Shown here: one piece after another, positions 35,145 through 44,473 of the stretch
How the letters are laid out: each line of letters begins with the position of its first letter
Numbering within the stretch: position 1 is the first letter of the stretch
NCBI GenBank assembly: GCA_963782055.1
Contig: CAWAIF010000003.1
Location: 4,832,001 to 4,896,000 of the forward strand
Source: an uncultured delta proteobacterium
GTDB taxonomy: Bacteria; Myxococcota_A; Polyangia; Polyangiales; Polyangiaceae
Direction: 5' to 3'
Length of the DNA stretch: 64,000 bases
Program-made: the position numbers and the translations under genes
The notes under the pieces: model-generated
Databases searched by the model: none
What the model was told of the DNA's origin: nothing
What the model saw: the letters and a program-made list of their open reading frames with translations, nothing else

Positions 35145-36074
35145 TCAGTTCGGCGGCTGCAGCGGGGCGCACGTCGAGACGCCCGCGCCGACGATGGTCA
35201 TGCCCGTGTCCTGCACGACGACGGAGAAGGACTTGTCCGTCGCATACTTGTAGCGAGTGACGTGGCTGTTGCCGAATCCGGGCGCGGTGTAAAACCAGAA
35301 ATCGCCGCCCCAGAAGGAGAACGCGTACGAAGAGGACGTGCCGACCTGGGTGAGGTCCACCGGGGAGGGCGTCGCGCCGCTGCTCTCGTTCATCTCGGCG
35401 AGCTTCGGCGGGTCGAGGATGGCGAAGAAGCCGAAGAGGCGTGCGTCGCCGGTGCCGGTGAGCTCGCACTCGTTGCCGCCCAGGCCGCTGGTGTAGTCGC
35501 CGAGGAGGCTCAGCTTGTAGCTGGGCAAGGAGATCTTGGCGAGGCCGCCTCCGGTGAAGTTGGCGTCGTCGGCGGTGCACGTGTAGAGCGTCTCGCTGGT
35601 GCCGCCGCCGGTGTCGGTGGCGAAGCCCATGCCACGGATGCGGCGACTGAGCTGGCCGACCTGGTAGCCGGTGGCGGTGCAGTGCGCGTTGGACGTGTCC
35701 ACGGTGAAGAGGGAGCCGTCGCTCATGTTGACGTAGGCGCGCGCGTCACGGTCGACGGCCATCGAGTTGGGCGAGGAGAGCGTGGGGCAGTCCAGCGTGC
35801 CGATCTTGACGAAGGTGAGGCTCGCCGGGTTGAAGCTGTACAGATCGTTCTGCGCGCTGACGACGTAGACCAGCTTGGCCGCGTCGGAGCAGTTGTCCTG
35901 CGCGCCGCCGTCGCCCCCGCCGCCGCCGTCGGTCTTGAACCCGCCGCCATCGTCGCCGAAGGGGGAGCCGCCGTCGCCGGCGGGGCCGCCGTCACCCTCG
36001 CCGAACCCGGACCCCGACCCCGGCCCGCACGCGAGCAGCGTACAGGCGACGATGACGATCGCGCGTGTGGACAT
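35145..36074 (-). CDS. Hypothetical lipoprotein, probable beta-propeller
   Basis: Lipobox LLAC; D/G linker; SMAVDR, ELTGTGDARLFGF, AFSFWGGDFW, IVGAGVSTCAP. Confidence 0.75.
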   Translation of the reverse strand: MSTRAIVIVACTLLACGPGSGSGFGEGDGGPAGDGGSPFGDDGGGFKTDGGGGGDGGAQDNCSDAAKLVYVVSAQNDLYSFNPASLTFVKIGTLDCPTLSSPNSMAVDRDARAYVNMSDGSLFTVDTSNAHCTATGYQVGQLSRRIRGMGFATDTGGGTSETLYTCTADDANFTGGGLAKISLPSYKLSLLGDYTSGLGGNECELTGTGDARLFGFFAILDPPKLAEMNESSGATPSPVDLTQVGTSSSYAFSFWGGDFWFYTAPGFGNSHVTRYKYATDKSFSVVVQDTGMTIVGAGVSTCAPLQPPN

Positions 36075-36157
36075 CGCGTCCCTCCAGCCCGTCATGATAC
36101 GGCCGCGGCCCCCGCGGCGCACCCGTAACGGCCGCGGTGCGGGCTGATAGGCTGGGT

Positions 36158-36184
36158 GTCACACTTCGCGCCTCCCGCGCGAAG
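36158..36184 (+). promoter_or_regulatory. Putative ECF-sigma promoter (autoregulatory)
   Basis: GTCACACTT-N7-CCCGCGCGAAG, repeated at 37933-37959 on the minus strand. Confidence 0.7.
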
Positions 36185-36197
36185 TACCGGCAAGCCC

Positions 36198-37094
36198 ATG
36201 CCCACTGCCCGCGATCTGCTCTCCGATCCGCGCCTGCGCGCCGACCTGACGCGCCTCGTGCGCCGGCGGGTGCCGGAGAGCGACGTGGACGACATCGTGC
36301 AGGCGGCCCTCGTCGAGGCGCTCGCCGGGAAGGCGCCGGAGGAGCCGGAGCTGCTCCGCCGGTGGATCTTCGGCGTGGTCAAGCACAAGGTCGCCGACTT
36401 CTATCGCCGCGCGCGCCGGGAGCGGCCGGGCGGCGACGTCGCCGACACCGCCGCGGACTCCAGCCCCGGACGCGCCCGCGAGCTGCTCGACTGGGCCAGC
36501 AAGGAGCTGCCGGATCAGGAGGAGGCGGGGCAGACGCTGGAGTGGATGCTGCGCGAGGGCGAGGGCGAGAAGCTGCAGACCATCGCCCTCCAGGAGAAGG
36601 TGCCCGCGCCGCGCGTGCGCCAGCGTGTCTCCCGCCTGCGGCGCCATTACCGCGCGCGGTGGGCCGCCCGCATCGCCGCGCTCGCCGCGCTGGGCGTGGT
36701 GGCGTTTTTGTTTGTGTGGCTGCTCCGCCGCAAGAAGCACGAGGACGTCATCGTCCGCGAGGCGCCGGCGCCCAGCGCCTCCACGCCCGGGCCGTTGCAG
36801 AAGAAGGCGGAGGCGGACCGCGCCCTCGCCTTCGAGGCGTGCGACCACCAGCGGTGGCACGAGTGCGTGCGCCTGCTCGACGAGGCCGCGGCGCTCGATC
36901 CCGCAGGGGACACCGCACCGGCGGTCACCCGCGCCCGCGAGCGCGCCCAGCGCGCCCTCACCCCGGCGCCCCCGCCGTCCGTCGCGCCGACGCACGCGCC
37001 GACGCCCACCCCCACGGTGCGGCCGAGCGCGATACCCACCGCGGTCCCGACGCCCGCCTCCACGCTCCCGCCCCCGAGCCCGGCCGCGTCCTGA
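36198..37094 (+). CDS. ECF-type sigma factor with fused TM helix and C-terminal extension
   Basis: Region 2 DDIVQ..L...RWIFGVVKHKVADFYRR; region 4 LQTIA...VRQRVSRLRR; IAALAALGVVAFLFVWLL. Confidence 0.75.
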   Translation: MPTARDLLSDPRLRADLTRLVRRRVPESDVDDIVQAALVEALAGKAPEEPELLRRWIFGVVKHKVADFYRRARRERPGGDVADTAADSSPGRARELLDWASKELPDQEEAGQTLEWMLREGEGEKLQTIALQEKVPAPRVRQRVSRLRRHYRARWAARIAALAALGVVAFLFVWLLRRKKHEDVIVREAPAPSASTPGPLQKKAEADRALAFEACDHQRWHECVRLLDEAAALDPAGDTAPAVTRARERAQRALTPAPPPSVAPTHAPTPTPTVRPSAIPTAVPTPASTLPPPSPAAS

Positions 37095-37100
37095 GGCGGC

Positions 37101-37925
37101 TCAGCCGCGGTCGCCGTCGGAGGCGCCCGCGCCGACGACGAAGTCGATCGCCTCGGCCATCAGCGCGTCGATGTCGGCCGAGTAGTTGTGCCCCGCCTTC
37201 TTCATCACCCAGAGCTTCGCCGGGAAGCCCTGCGCGCGCAGCCGCTTCACCGTGGCGCGCTCGCCGGCGATCTGCGTCCCCCACTCGCCCGCGAGCATCG
37301 CGACGGCGCGCACCCCCGCCTTGCGAAGCGACCCGGCGCTCAGCGTGACGTCCGCCTCGATCAGCACGAGGTAAGGCCAGCGGCCTGGGTGCTTCCGCGC
37401 CAGGTACGGCGCCATGTACGCGCCGCGGGAGAAGCCGGTGAGCACGGCGCCTTCGCGATCGATCTCGCCGGGGTAGCGCGCCTCGACGGCGGCGACCGCG
37501 CGCTCCAGGTCAGCGTCGGTCGCGTCGAAGGACTCGGTCCACGTCGGCGGGCCGCCCGCGCCGCAGGTCGCGTTGCCGGCGGGGCAGACGAGGAAGCCGC
37601 GCTCGGTGGCCGCGGGCACCCAGTAGCCGCACGCGTAGCCGGGCGGATTGCACAGTCCGTGCAGGTTGGCGATGAGGCGATGCTTGCCTCCGGCCTCCGG
37701 CGGGATTGCAAAGTAGACGTTCCGGTGCGTCGCGAAGGGGGCCTCGAAGGGCCCGACGGCGCGCGGCGGCGGCGGCTTCACCTCCGGCGGAGGCGGCGCG
37801 TGGGAGGCGACCGGTGCGGGGGCGCGGACGTCGGCCGCGGGGGGCGCGACGGTGACCGGCCCGCTGGAGGAGGTGCAGGCGGCGGAGAGGAGGGCACAGA
37901 GCAGCGCGGGAAGGTGGCGGTTCAT
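37101..37925 (-). CDS. Alpha/beta-hydrolase-fold lipoprotein (esterase-like)
   Basis: Lipobox SAAC; LHG, GFSRG nucleophile elbow, C-terminal GH. Confidence 0.75.
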   Translation of the reverse strand: MNRHLPALLCALLSAACTSSSGPVTVAPPAADVRAPAPVASHAPPPPEVKPPPPRAVGPFEAPFATHRNVYFAIPPEAGGKHRLIANLHGLCNPPGYACGYWVPAATERGFLVCPAGNATCGAGGPPTWTESFDATDADLERAVAAVEARYPGEIDREGAVLTGFSRGAYMAPYLARKHPGRWPYLVLIEADVTLSAGSLRKAGVRAVAMLAGEWGTQIAGERATVKRLRAQGFPAKLWVMKKAGHNYSADIDALMAEAIDFVVGAGASDGDRG

Positions 37926-37932
37926 ATCCCCT

Positions 37933-37959
37933 CTTCGCGCGGGCCCCCGAAAGTGTGAC
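37933..37959 (-). promoter_or_regulatory. Putative ECF-sigma target promoter
   Basis: GTCACACTT-TCGGGGG-CCCGCGCGAAG upstream of ATG 37925. Confidence 0.7.
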
Positions 37960-38066
37960 GCGCAGCGTCCGATCTCTTTGCTGCCTCCCGCGACGCGCGG
38001 AGTCGATCGGAGCGAGCGCGAGGACGTCATCGACTGGTGACGGGGCGCAGGGCTAAGCTTGGCCGC

Positions 38067-38699
38067 ATGACGCAGTCCGCCCCCACGCCCGAGAACGTGA
38101 CCTTCGACGACTACGTCGCGATGAGCGGCGCGGCCAAGGCCATGGGGATGGACGCGATGCTCCGCCACTACGGCCTGGACATGGCGCGCTGGGCGCAGAT
38201 CGCCGGCCGCTGGAACTCCACCATCCCGACCGACCTCCCGCGCTACGGGCAGTTCGGCATCCTGGTCGAGCAGGAGGGCGCGCGCATCGCCGCCGGCGGC
38301 GCGCCGCGGCCTCTCGGAGCGCCGGCGCCCGCCCCGCCCCCGGCCGGACCCCCGCAGGCTGGCGGGTACATCGCCACGCCCTACACCGCCACGCCCGCGG
38401 GTTATCCGCCGCCGCCGGGCCAGCCCTACCCGCAGCCGTCGCTGGACCAGCAGGCCCAGCATGCGGCGGGCGCCATCGGCAGCGCGGCGGTCGCCGGCTT
38501 CAACGTGCTCGGCTCGGCGCTGGGCGCGGTGGGCAAGGAGCTCGCCGGCATCGCCGTCGGCAGCCTGGTGCTGGTCACGTGGTCGGACGGGCAGCGCTAC
38601 CCGGGCACCGTCCAGCAGATCGGCGCGGGGCAGTACCTGGTGCGGATGACCAACGGCCAGCAGCACTGGATCCCGCAGGCGTACGTCGCGCGATCGTGA
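38067..38699 (+). CDS. Hypothetical protein with helical N-domain, Pro-rich linker and C-terminal Tudor/Agenet-like domain
   Basis: GSLVLVTWSDGQRYPGTV...YLVRMTNGQQHWIP. Confidence 0.7.
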   Translation: MTQSAPTPENVTFDDYVAMSGAAKAMGMDAMLRHYGLDMARWAQIAGRWNSTIPTDLPRYGQFGILVEQEGARIAAGGAPRPLGAPAPAPPPAGPPQAGGYIATPYTATPAGYPPPPGQPYPQPSLDQQAQHAAGAIGSAAVAGFNVLGSALGAVGKELAGIAVGSLVLVTWSDGQRYPGTVQQIGAGQYLVRMTNGQQHWIPQAYVARS

Positions 38700-38781
38700 G
38701 AGGGGCGGGCGGGGCCCCGCTCCACGCGGGCCCTCGGCGTTGCCCGTCGCCATGCGCGGCGGTACCGTGGGCGCAGCTGCC

Positions 38782-40035
38782 GTGAGACCTCACCTTGCGT
38801 GTCCCGTCTTCTTCTTGCTCGCCGGCTGCGCGGGCGCCGCGCAGACACCGGCCGACGCGCCGGGCCCCGGCGCCGCCGGCGAGGCGACGCCGTCCACCGC
38901 CACCGCGCCCGCCGGCCCCGCGAGTCCGGCCAAGGAGCTGCTGGTCCTCATGCCGGTGCGCCTGCGCGGGGCGGCCCTCTTCCCCGAGGAGACCGAGGTG
39001 CTGCGGCGCGCCGAGCGCGACTTCTTCGCCTCGCGACCGGAGGTGGGAAAAGACAAGATGGTCCCCCTCGATCAGGTGCGCGCGGTGGAAGCCGCGGCGC
39101 GGGGCGGACGCGCGCGCATCGGCGGGCCGGTCTGCGCGGCGGCGCCTGCGCTGGACGACGCCCTGTTCGACGCGTTCCCGGGCATGCCGGAGGCACGCGC
39201 GGTCGCCTCGTGCGACGCGGCCAATACGTGTAGTTTGCACGTTTCGGTGGTGCGCCCCTCCGGCGGGGCACGCGCCGACACGCTCGCGGTCTTCGAGGCG
39301 CCGGTGTCCGCGCCCGGGGCCGCGAGCGACTGGCAAGCCGCCGTCGCGCACCTCGCCTTCTCCAGGCAGCGCGGGGGCACCCTCGCCGCGGCGCCGGCGG
39401 CAGGCGGCGACGACCGGGTCACGGTGACGGCCGTCCACGCCTTCGGGCCCTGGGCTTCCGCGCCCGCGCCCGCCGTCTTCGCTCCGGCGCGGGACGCGCT
39501 GGACGCCTGCCACGATCCCGACGCCGCGCATCTGACGACGCCGGAGGCGGTGCTCGCGGTCGGCGCGGACGGGCACGTCGGGCGCTGCCAGAGCGACGCG
39601 CGTCTGGGCGCCGACTGCTTCTGCAAGGCGCTCGCGTCGGTGGCGCTGCCGGCGGGGCCGGACGGTCGCCGCCTGGCCGTCGACCTCTGGAGCGCACCCG
39701 CGCCGCTGCTGCGCACCGCGGCCGGCCTCACCATGAGCGCACGCCTGGAGGAGGTGCGCGCGGAGGACGGCACGACCATGACCGGCGCCATCGCGCCCTG
39801 GACGTCGCGGCTCGCGGTGTGCCGCGCGCTCGACCCGCAGGCGGGGACGATGACCGCGCGCCTTCACCTCTCCGTCGACGCGCAGGGCCACGTGCAGTCC
39901 GCGCGCGCCACCGGCCTGGGCGCGGCGATGAAGGCGTGCGTGGAGGTCAACGCGAAGCGCATCGCCCTCCCCTGCCCCCGCGGCGGCCTGCCGACGAGCG
40001 TCACGGCCACCCTGCTGCTCGACGCCTCCCGCTGA
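38782..40035 (+). CDS. Hypothetical lipoprotein with possible AgmX/TonB-C-like domains
   Basis: Lipobox LAGC; C...L.V...G.V....C motifs twice. Confidence 0.5.
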   Translation: MRPHLACPVFFLLAGCAGAAQTPADAPGPGAAGEATPSTATAPAGPASPAKELLVLMPVRLRGAALFPEETEVLRRAERDFFASRPEVGKDKMVPLDQVRAVEAAARGGRARIGGPVCAAAPALDDALFDAFPGMPEARAVASCDAANTCSLHVSVVRPSGGARADTLAVFEAPVSAPGAASDWQAAVAHLAFSRQRGGTLAAAPAAGGDDRVTVTAVHAFGPWASAPAPAVFAPARDALDACHDPDAAHLTTPEAVLAVGADGHVGRCQSDARLGADCFCKALASVALPAGPDGRRLAVDLWSAPAPLLRTAAGLTMSARLEEVRAEDGTTMTGAIAPWTSRLAVCRALDPQAGTMTARLHLSVDAQGHVQSARATGLGAAMKACVEVNAKRIALPCPRGGLPTSVTATLLLDASR

Positions 40036-40063
40036 AGCGCAAAGCTTCGCTATGCTGGCCGGC

Positions 40064-41554
40064 ATGTTCGCGTCCGCGCTGCTGGAGCACTCCATCGACA
40101 AGGCCACCTACCACCGGGAGGAGCCGCGCCTGCGCGAGGCCCTCCTCAACGCGCAGTACGACCTGAAGCAGACCGCGCGCTGTCCGGTCATCGTGGTCAT
40201 CGCGGGCGTGGAGGGCGCCGGCAAGAGCGAGACGGTCAACGTCCTCAACGAGTGGATGGACCCTCGCTACCTCAAGACGGTCGCCTTCCCGGAGCCCACC
40301 GACGAGGAGCGCGAGCGGCCGCGCATGTGGCGCTACTGGCGCGCGCTCCCGCCGCGCGGGAGCATCGGCCTGCTCTTCGGCGCGTGGCACACGCAGCCCA
40401 TCCTCGACCACGTGCTGAACGGCTCGACCAGCGACAATCTCGGCCGTCACACCGCCGAGATCCTCCGCTTCGAGAAGATGCTCTGCGACGAGGGCGCGCT
40501 CGTCCTCAAGTTCTGGTTCCACCTCTCCAAGGAGCAGCAGAAGAAGCGGCTCAAGTCGCTGGCGAGGGACCCGAAGACGCGCTGGCGGGTGACCGACCTG
40601 GACTGGAAGTACTTCAAGCTCTACGACCGCTTCTTCACCACCGCAGAGCGCTTCACCCGCGAGACGTCCACCGGGGAGGCGCCGTGGATCGTGGTCGCTG
40701 GCGCCGACCCGCACTTCCGCAACCTCACCGTCGGCAAGACCATCCTCGAGGCGATGCACGAGCGCCTGCGCGAGAAGCCGGTCAAGCGGCTACCCGACCG
40801 CAACCCGCCGCTCTTGCCGCCGGTCGACAAGCTCAACGTCATCCGCGCGCTGAAGCTGGACAAGCCGATGGCCAAGGCCCGCTACGAGAAGGAGATCGAG
40901 AAGTGGCAGGGCCGGCTGAACCTGCTCTCGCGCGACCGCAAGTTCAGGAGGTCGGCGGTCATCGCCGCCTTCGAGGGCAACGACGCCGCGGGCAAGGGCG
41001 GGGCCATCCGGCGCCTCACGCGCGCGCTCGACGCGCGCGTCTACACCGGCGTGCCGGTCGCCGCGCCCACCGAGGAGGAGCGCGCGCAGCCGTACCTGTG
41101 GCGCTTCTGGCGCCACGTCCCGACGCACGGGCGCTTCGTGCTGTTCGATCGCTCCTGGTACGGCCGCGTGCTCGTCGAGCGCGTGGAGCACTTCGCCAAG
41201 GAGCCCGACTGGATGCGCGCCTACGGCGAGATCAACGACTTCGAGCACGACCTCACGCACCACGGCATCGTGCTCACCAAGTTCTGGCTGGCGATCAGCA
41301 AGGCGGAGCAGCTCAAGCGCTTCAAGGCGCGCGAGAAGACCAGCTTCAAGCGCTTCAAGATCACCCCGGAGGACTGGCGCAACCGCGACAAGTGGGACGC
41401 CTACGAGGCGGCCGTGTGCGACATGATCGACCGCACCAGCACCGAGTACGCCCCCTGGACCATCGTCGAGGCGAACAACAAGTACTACGCGCGCATCAAG
41501 GTCCTGAAGACGATGTGCCGCGCGCTCGAGCAGCGCTTCGACTCCATGAAGTGA
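40064..41554 (+). CDS. pap: Polyphosphate:AMP phosphotransferase (tandem PPK2)
   Basis: Two PPK2 domains: GVEGAGK and EGNDAAGKGG, FDRSWYGRVLVERVE, EDWRNR. Confidence 0.92.
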   Translation: MFASALLEHSIDKATYHREEPRLREALLNAQYDLKQTARCPVIVVIAGVEGAGKSETVNVLNEWMDPRYLKTVAFPEPTDEERERPRMWRYWRALPPRGSIGLLFGAWHTQPILDHVLNGSTSDNLGRHTAEILRFEKMLCDEGALVLKFWFHLSKEQQKKRLKSLARDPKTRWRVTDLDWKYFKLYDRFFTTAERFTRETSTGEAPWIVVAGADPHFRNLTVGKTILEAMHERLREKPVKRLPDRNPPLLPPVDKLNVIRALKLDKPMAKARYEKEIEKWQGRLNLLSRDRKFRRSAVIAAFEGNDAAGKGGAIRRLTRALDARVYTGVPVAAPTEEERAQPYLWRFWRHVPTHGRFVLFDRSWYGRVLVERVEHFAKEPDWMRAYGEINDFEHDLTHHGIVLTKFWLAISKAEQLKRFKAREKTSFKRFKITPEDWRNRDKWDAYEAAVCDMIDRTSTEYAPWTIVEANNKYYARIKVLKTMCRALEQRFDSMK

Positions 41555-41557
41555 GGG

Positions 41558-42304
41558 TCACCACACCACCGCCTCCCCATCCCGAAACACGCCGCCCGTC
41601 GGCGCGCCCTCTCCGAGCGCCGCCGCCCACACCACCCCGCTCGCCCCCTCCTCCACCGTCCGCGGCGCCCCGCTGCCGCCCATGTCCGTCCGCACCCACC
41701 CGGGGCACACCGCGTTCACGCGCACCCCGTCCGCCGCCAGCTCCCGCGCGAGCACGCGCGTCATCGCGTTGAGCAGCGCCTTGGAGACGGCGTAGGGGTC
41801 CGGCCATCCGCGCTCGCCGGCGAGGAAGCGATCGGCCAGCGCGACCAGCCCCGCGCGATCCAGGTCCGGCGCGCCGATCTCCCGGCGCAGCGCCGCCGGG
41901 AAGCCGGAGAGCTCGCCCAGCCCGCTGGTGACCATCACCACGTTGGCCCCGCGCGCGAGGCGCCTGCGCAGCGTGTCGGTCACCCGGAGGGGGCCGTGGA
42001 AGTTGACGTCCATCGTCGCCCTCGCCGCGCCCGCCCCGCGCACGCGGTAGACGCCGGCGTTGTTGACCAGCGCGTCCAGCCGCACGTCCTCCGCCTCCAG
42101 GCGCCGCGCGAGGGCGGCGACGCTGCTCGCGTCGGTCACGTCCAGCGCGACCGCGCGCGCGCCCTCGGCCAGCCCGCGCGCCGCCGCCTCGCCCTCGGCC
42201 AGCTTGCGCGCGCCGAGGAGCACCGTCCACCCGCGCGCGGCCAGCTGCCGCCCGGTCTCCAGCCCGATGCCGCGGTTCCCTCCGGTGATGAGCGCCGTCG
42301 CCAT
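41558..42304 (-). CDS. SDR family oxidoreductase (carbonyl-reductase-like)
   Basis: TGGNRGIG, NNAG, YAVSK, VCPGWVRTDMGG. Confidence 0.92.
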   Translation of the reverse strand: MATALITGGNRGIGLETGRQLAARGWTVLLGARKLAEGEAAARGLAEGARAVALDVTDASSVAALARRLEAEDVRLDALVNNAGVYRVRGAGAARATMDVNFHGPLRVTDTLRRRLARGANVVMVTSGLGELSGFPAALRREIGAPDLDRAGLVALADRFLAGERGWPDPYAVSKALLNAMTRVLARELAADGVRVNAVCPGWVRTDMGGSGAPRTVEEGASGVVWAAALGEGAPTGGVFRDGEAVVW

Positions 42305-42306
42305 GG

Positions 42307-42798
42307 TCACCCCTCGCGCCGGGCGCGGGCGAACCTCTTCCACTGCTCCGGGAGCGGGGCGCCGAGCATCTTCTCCGCGCCCGCCTCGTCCAGGATGACG
42401 AAGGAGAGCTCACCGGTGAAGACCTCGGCGCCGGACTGCACCAGACGCACCGCGACCTGCACCACCCGGGAGGTCTCGCGGGTGAGGCGGCTGCGCCCCT
42501 CCACCTCCACGCCGGTGCGCACCGGTCGCAGCAGCTTGCCGTTCACCGCCGCGGTGAAGCCGAACTTGCCGAGCAGCCCGATCACGGCCCACGCGCCGAT
42601 CTCGTCGGCGAGGGTCATCACCAGCCCGCCGTGCATGATCCCTGGTGGCCCCTCGTAGCGGTCGTGCGGAAGGAAGGAGGTGACGATCTCCTCGTCCTGA
42701 CGCGAGAAGCGCAGGTGGAAGCCGATCGGGTGGTGCGGCCCGCAGGCGAAGCAGGGGCTCTGGGGGCCGAAGTACTCGGCGGGGTCGAGCTCGGTCAT
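42307..42798 (-). CDS. PaaI-family hotdog thioesterase
   Basis: CFACG, GPPGIMHGG...DE. Confidence 0.88.
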   Translation of the reverse strand: MTELDPAEYFGPQSPCFACGPHHPIGFHLRFSRQDEEIVTSFLPHDRYEGPPGIMHGGLVMTLADEIGAWAVIGLLGKFGFTAAVNGKLLRPVRTGVEVEGRSRLTRETSRVVQVAVRLVQSGAEVFTGELSFVILDEAGAEKMLGAPLPEQWKRFARARREG

Positions 42799-42851
42799 GG
42801 GCCAGGGCGGGGATAGCGTCGGCTCGGAGTGACGGCAACCCGCAGGCTGGA

Positions 42852-43373
42852 ATGCCGGGCGCCCTCCGCCCGTTGCGGGGCGTGACCCGCCGCGCCTCCC
42901 GCCTGCTCGTCATCCTGCTGGCCCTGATGACCGTCGGCTGCGATCACGTCACCAAGGTCGCCGCCGCCCGGCGCCTCGCCGCCCACCCGCTCCAGCTCTT
43001 CCACGGCATGCTGGACCTGCGCTACACCGAGAACCACGACGTGGCCTTCAGCGCGCTCTCGCGCCTCGCCTTCCCGGGCAAGGACGCGATCCTGCTCGCC
43101 CTCTCGGCGGTGCTGACGCTCGGCGTGGGGGTCGCCTGGTGGCGCGCGCGGAGCGCCCCGGTCGCCCGGCAGCTTGCCCTGGCGCTGGTCGCCGCCGGCG
43201 CGCTGGGCAACGTCCTCGACCGGGCGATGCGCGGGTACGTCGTCGACTTCATCCACCTGGCGCACTGGCCGGTCTTCAACGTGGCCGACACCGCCATCGT
43301 CGCCGGAGGCCTGCTCTGGGCCCTCTCCCGGCACCCGCCGAGGACGGCGGAGGCCTCGCCACAATTCCGTTGA
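42852..43373 (+). CDS. lspA: Lipoprotein signal peptidase II (start may be GTG near 42882)
   Basis: DHVTK, N..AFS, GALGNVLDR, VVDFI, WPVFNVAD. Confidence 0.9.
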   Translation: MPGALRPLRGVTRRASRLLVILLALMTVGCDHVTKVAAARRLAAHPLQLFHGMLDLRYTENHDVAFSALSRLAFPGKDAILLALSAVLTLGVGVAWWRARSAPVARQLALALVAAGALGNVLDRAMRGYVVDFIHLAHWPVFNVADTAIVAGGLLWALSRHPPRTAEASPQFR

Positions 43374-43404
43374 TCGCCTGTCACCCGGGTGTCACATTCA
43401 CCGC

Positions 43405-44457
43405 TTGGCGGCGAATGCAGGCGCACTGAGCATCGAGCAGCAGAGGGCGGTCTCCCGGTGGGCCTCCATCTCGGTGTGGTTCTACGCCTTCGGCTACTTC
43501 GCCTGCTACGTGCCGTACAGCGCGCTCACCAAGGCCCTGTCCAGCGGCCTCATCCATGGCGTGCGCAACGTCCCCACCGGTCTGGAGATGCTCCCGGTCT
43601 CCATCGCCGCGTCGACGCTCTCCATGGTGGCCACCATCTCGGCGCTGGGGTGGTGGAAGTATCCCAACCGGGTGAAGGTGGGCGGCGTCGGCGTCCCCAT
43701 CCCCGGGGTGTGGACCGGCCTCTCCGGGCTCGCCACCGCCGGCATCATCGCCACCACCACCCTGGCCTACACCTTCAACGGCGTCAGCATCCCCTTCGTG
43801 ATGCTCCTGCTGCGCGGCGGCGTGCTCGCCATCGCCCCGGTGGTGGACCGCATCAGCGGGCGGAAGGTGTCCTGGTACTCGTACGTCGCGCTCAGCCTGA
43901 GCTTCCTCGCGCTGCTCGAGGCCGTCTCGGAGCGCGGCGGCTTCCGCATGCCCCTGCTCTGCGGGGTGGACATCGCCTTCTACCTGCTCGGCTACGTGGT
44001 GCGGCTGCGCTTCATGACCCGGCTCGCCAAGTCGGACGATCTGGACCAGCGCCGCCGCTACTTCGTCGAGGAGCAGATGGTGGCCACGCCCGTCTGCATG
44101 ATCGTGCTCGGCGTGGCGGCGCTCGCGGGCGTGGAGCCCATCCGCCAGGGCTTCGTCGGCGTGTGGAACGGCCCCGCGGCCATCTACCTCGTGCTCATCG
44201 GCGTCTTCTCGCAGGGCACCGGCGTCTTCGGCGGGCTCATCCTGCTGGACGCGCGGGAGAACACCTTCTGCGTGCCGCTCAACCGCGCCTCCAGCATCCT
44301 GGGCGGCGTCTGCGCGGCCTTCGCCCTCTCCATGGTCTTCCCGCGGCCCTGGCCGGCGATGTCGGAGGTGCTCGGCGCCAGCGTGCTGGTCATGGCGATC
44401 CTCGTCTTGTGGGTCGGTCCGCGCCTGGGCAAGTGGACGTCGAAGGCGCAGGCCTGA
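43405..44457 (+). CDS. Multi-pass membrane protein (DMT/EamA-like); start uncertain
   Basis: About ten hydrophobic segments; host-like codon usage from ~43430. Confidence 0.7.
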   Translation: MAANAGALSIEQQRAVSRWASISVWFYAFGYFACYVPYSALTKALSSGLIHGVRNVPTGLEMLPVSIAASTLSMVATISALGWWKYPNRVKVGGVGVPIPGVWTGLSGLATAGIIATTTLAYTFNGVSIPFVMLLLRGGVLAIAPVVDRISGRKVSWYSYVALSLSFLALLEAVSERGGFRMPLLCGVDIAFYLLGYVVRLRFMTRLAKSDDLDQRRRYFVEEQMVATPVCMIVLGVAALAGVEPIRQGFVGVWNGPAAIYLVLIGVFSQGTGVFGGLILLDARENTFCVPLNRASSILGGVCAAFALSMVFPRPWPAMSEVLGASVLVMAILVLWVGPRLGKWTSKAQA

Positions 44458-44473
44458 GGTCCCGCGCAGGAGC

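Noticed and set aside
43405..43430. Possible fourth frameshift (ATGCAGGCGCACTGA) at the start of the membrane protein
   Set aside because: An in-frame TTG at 43405 explains the gene without an error; unresolved
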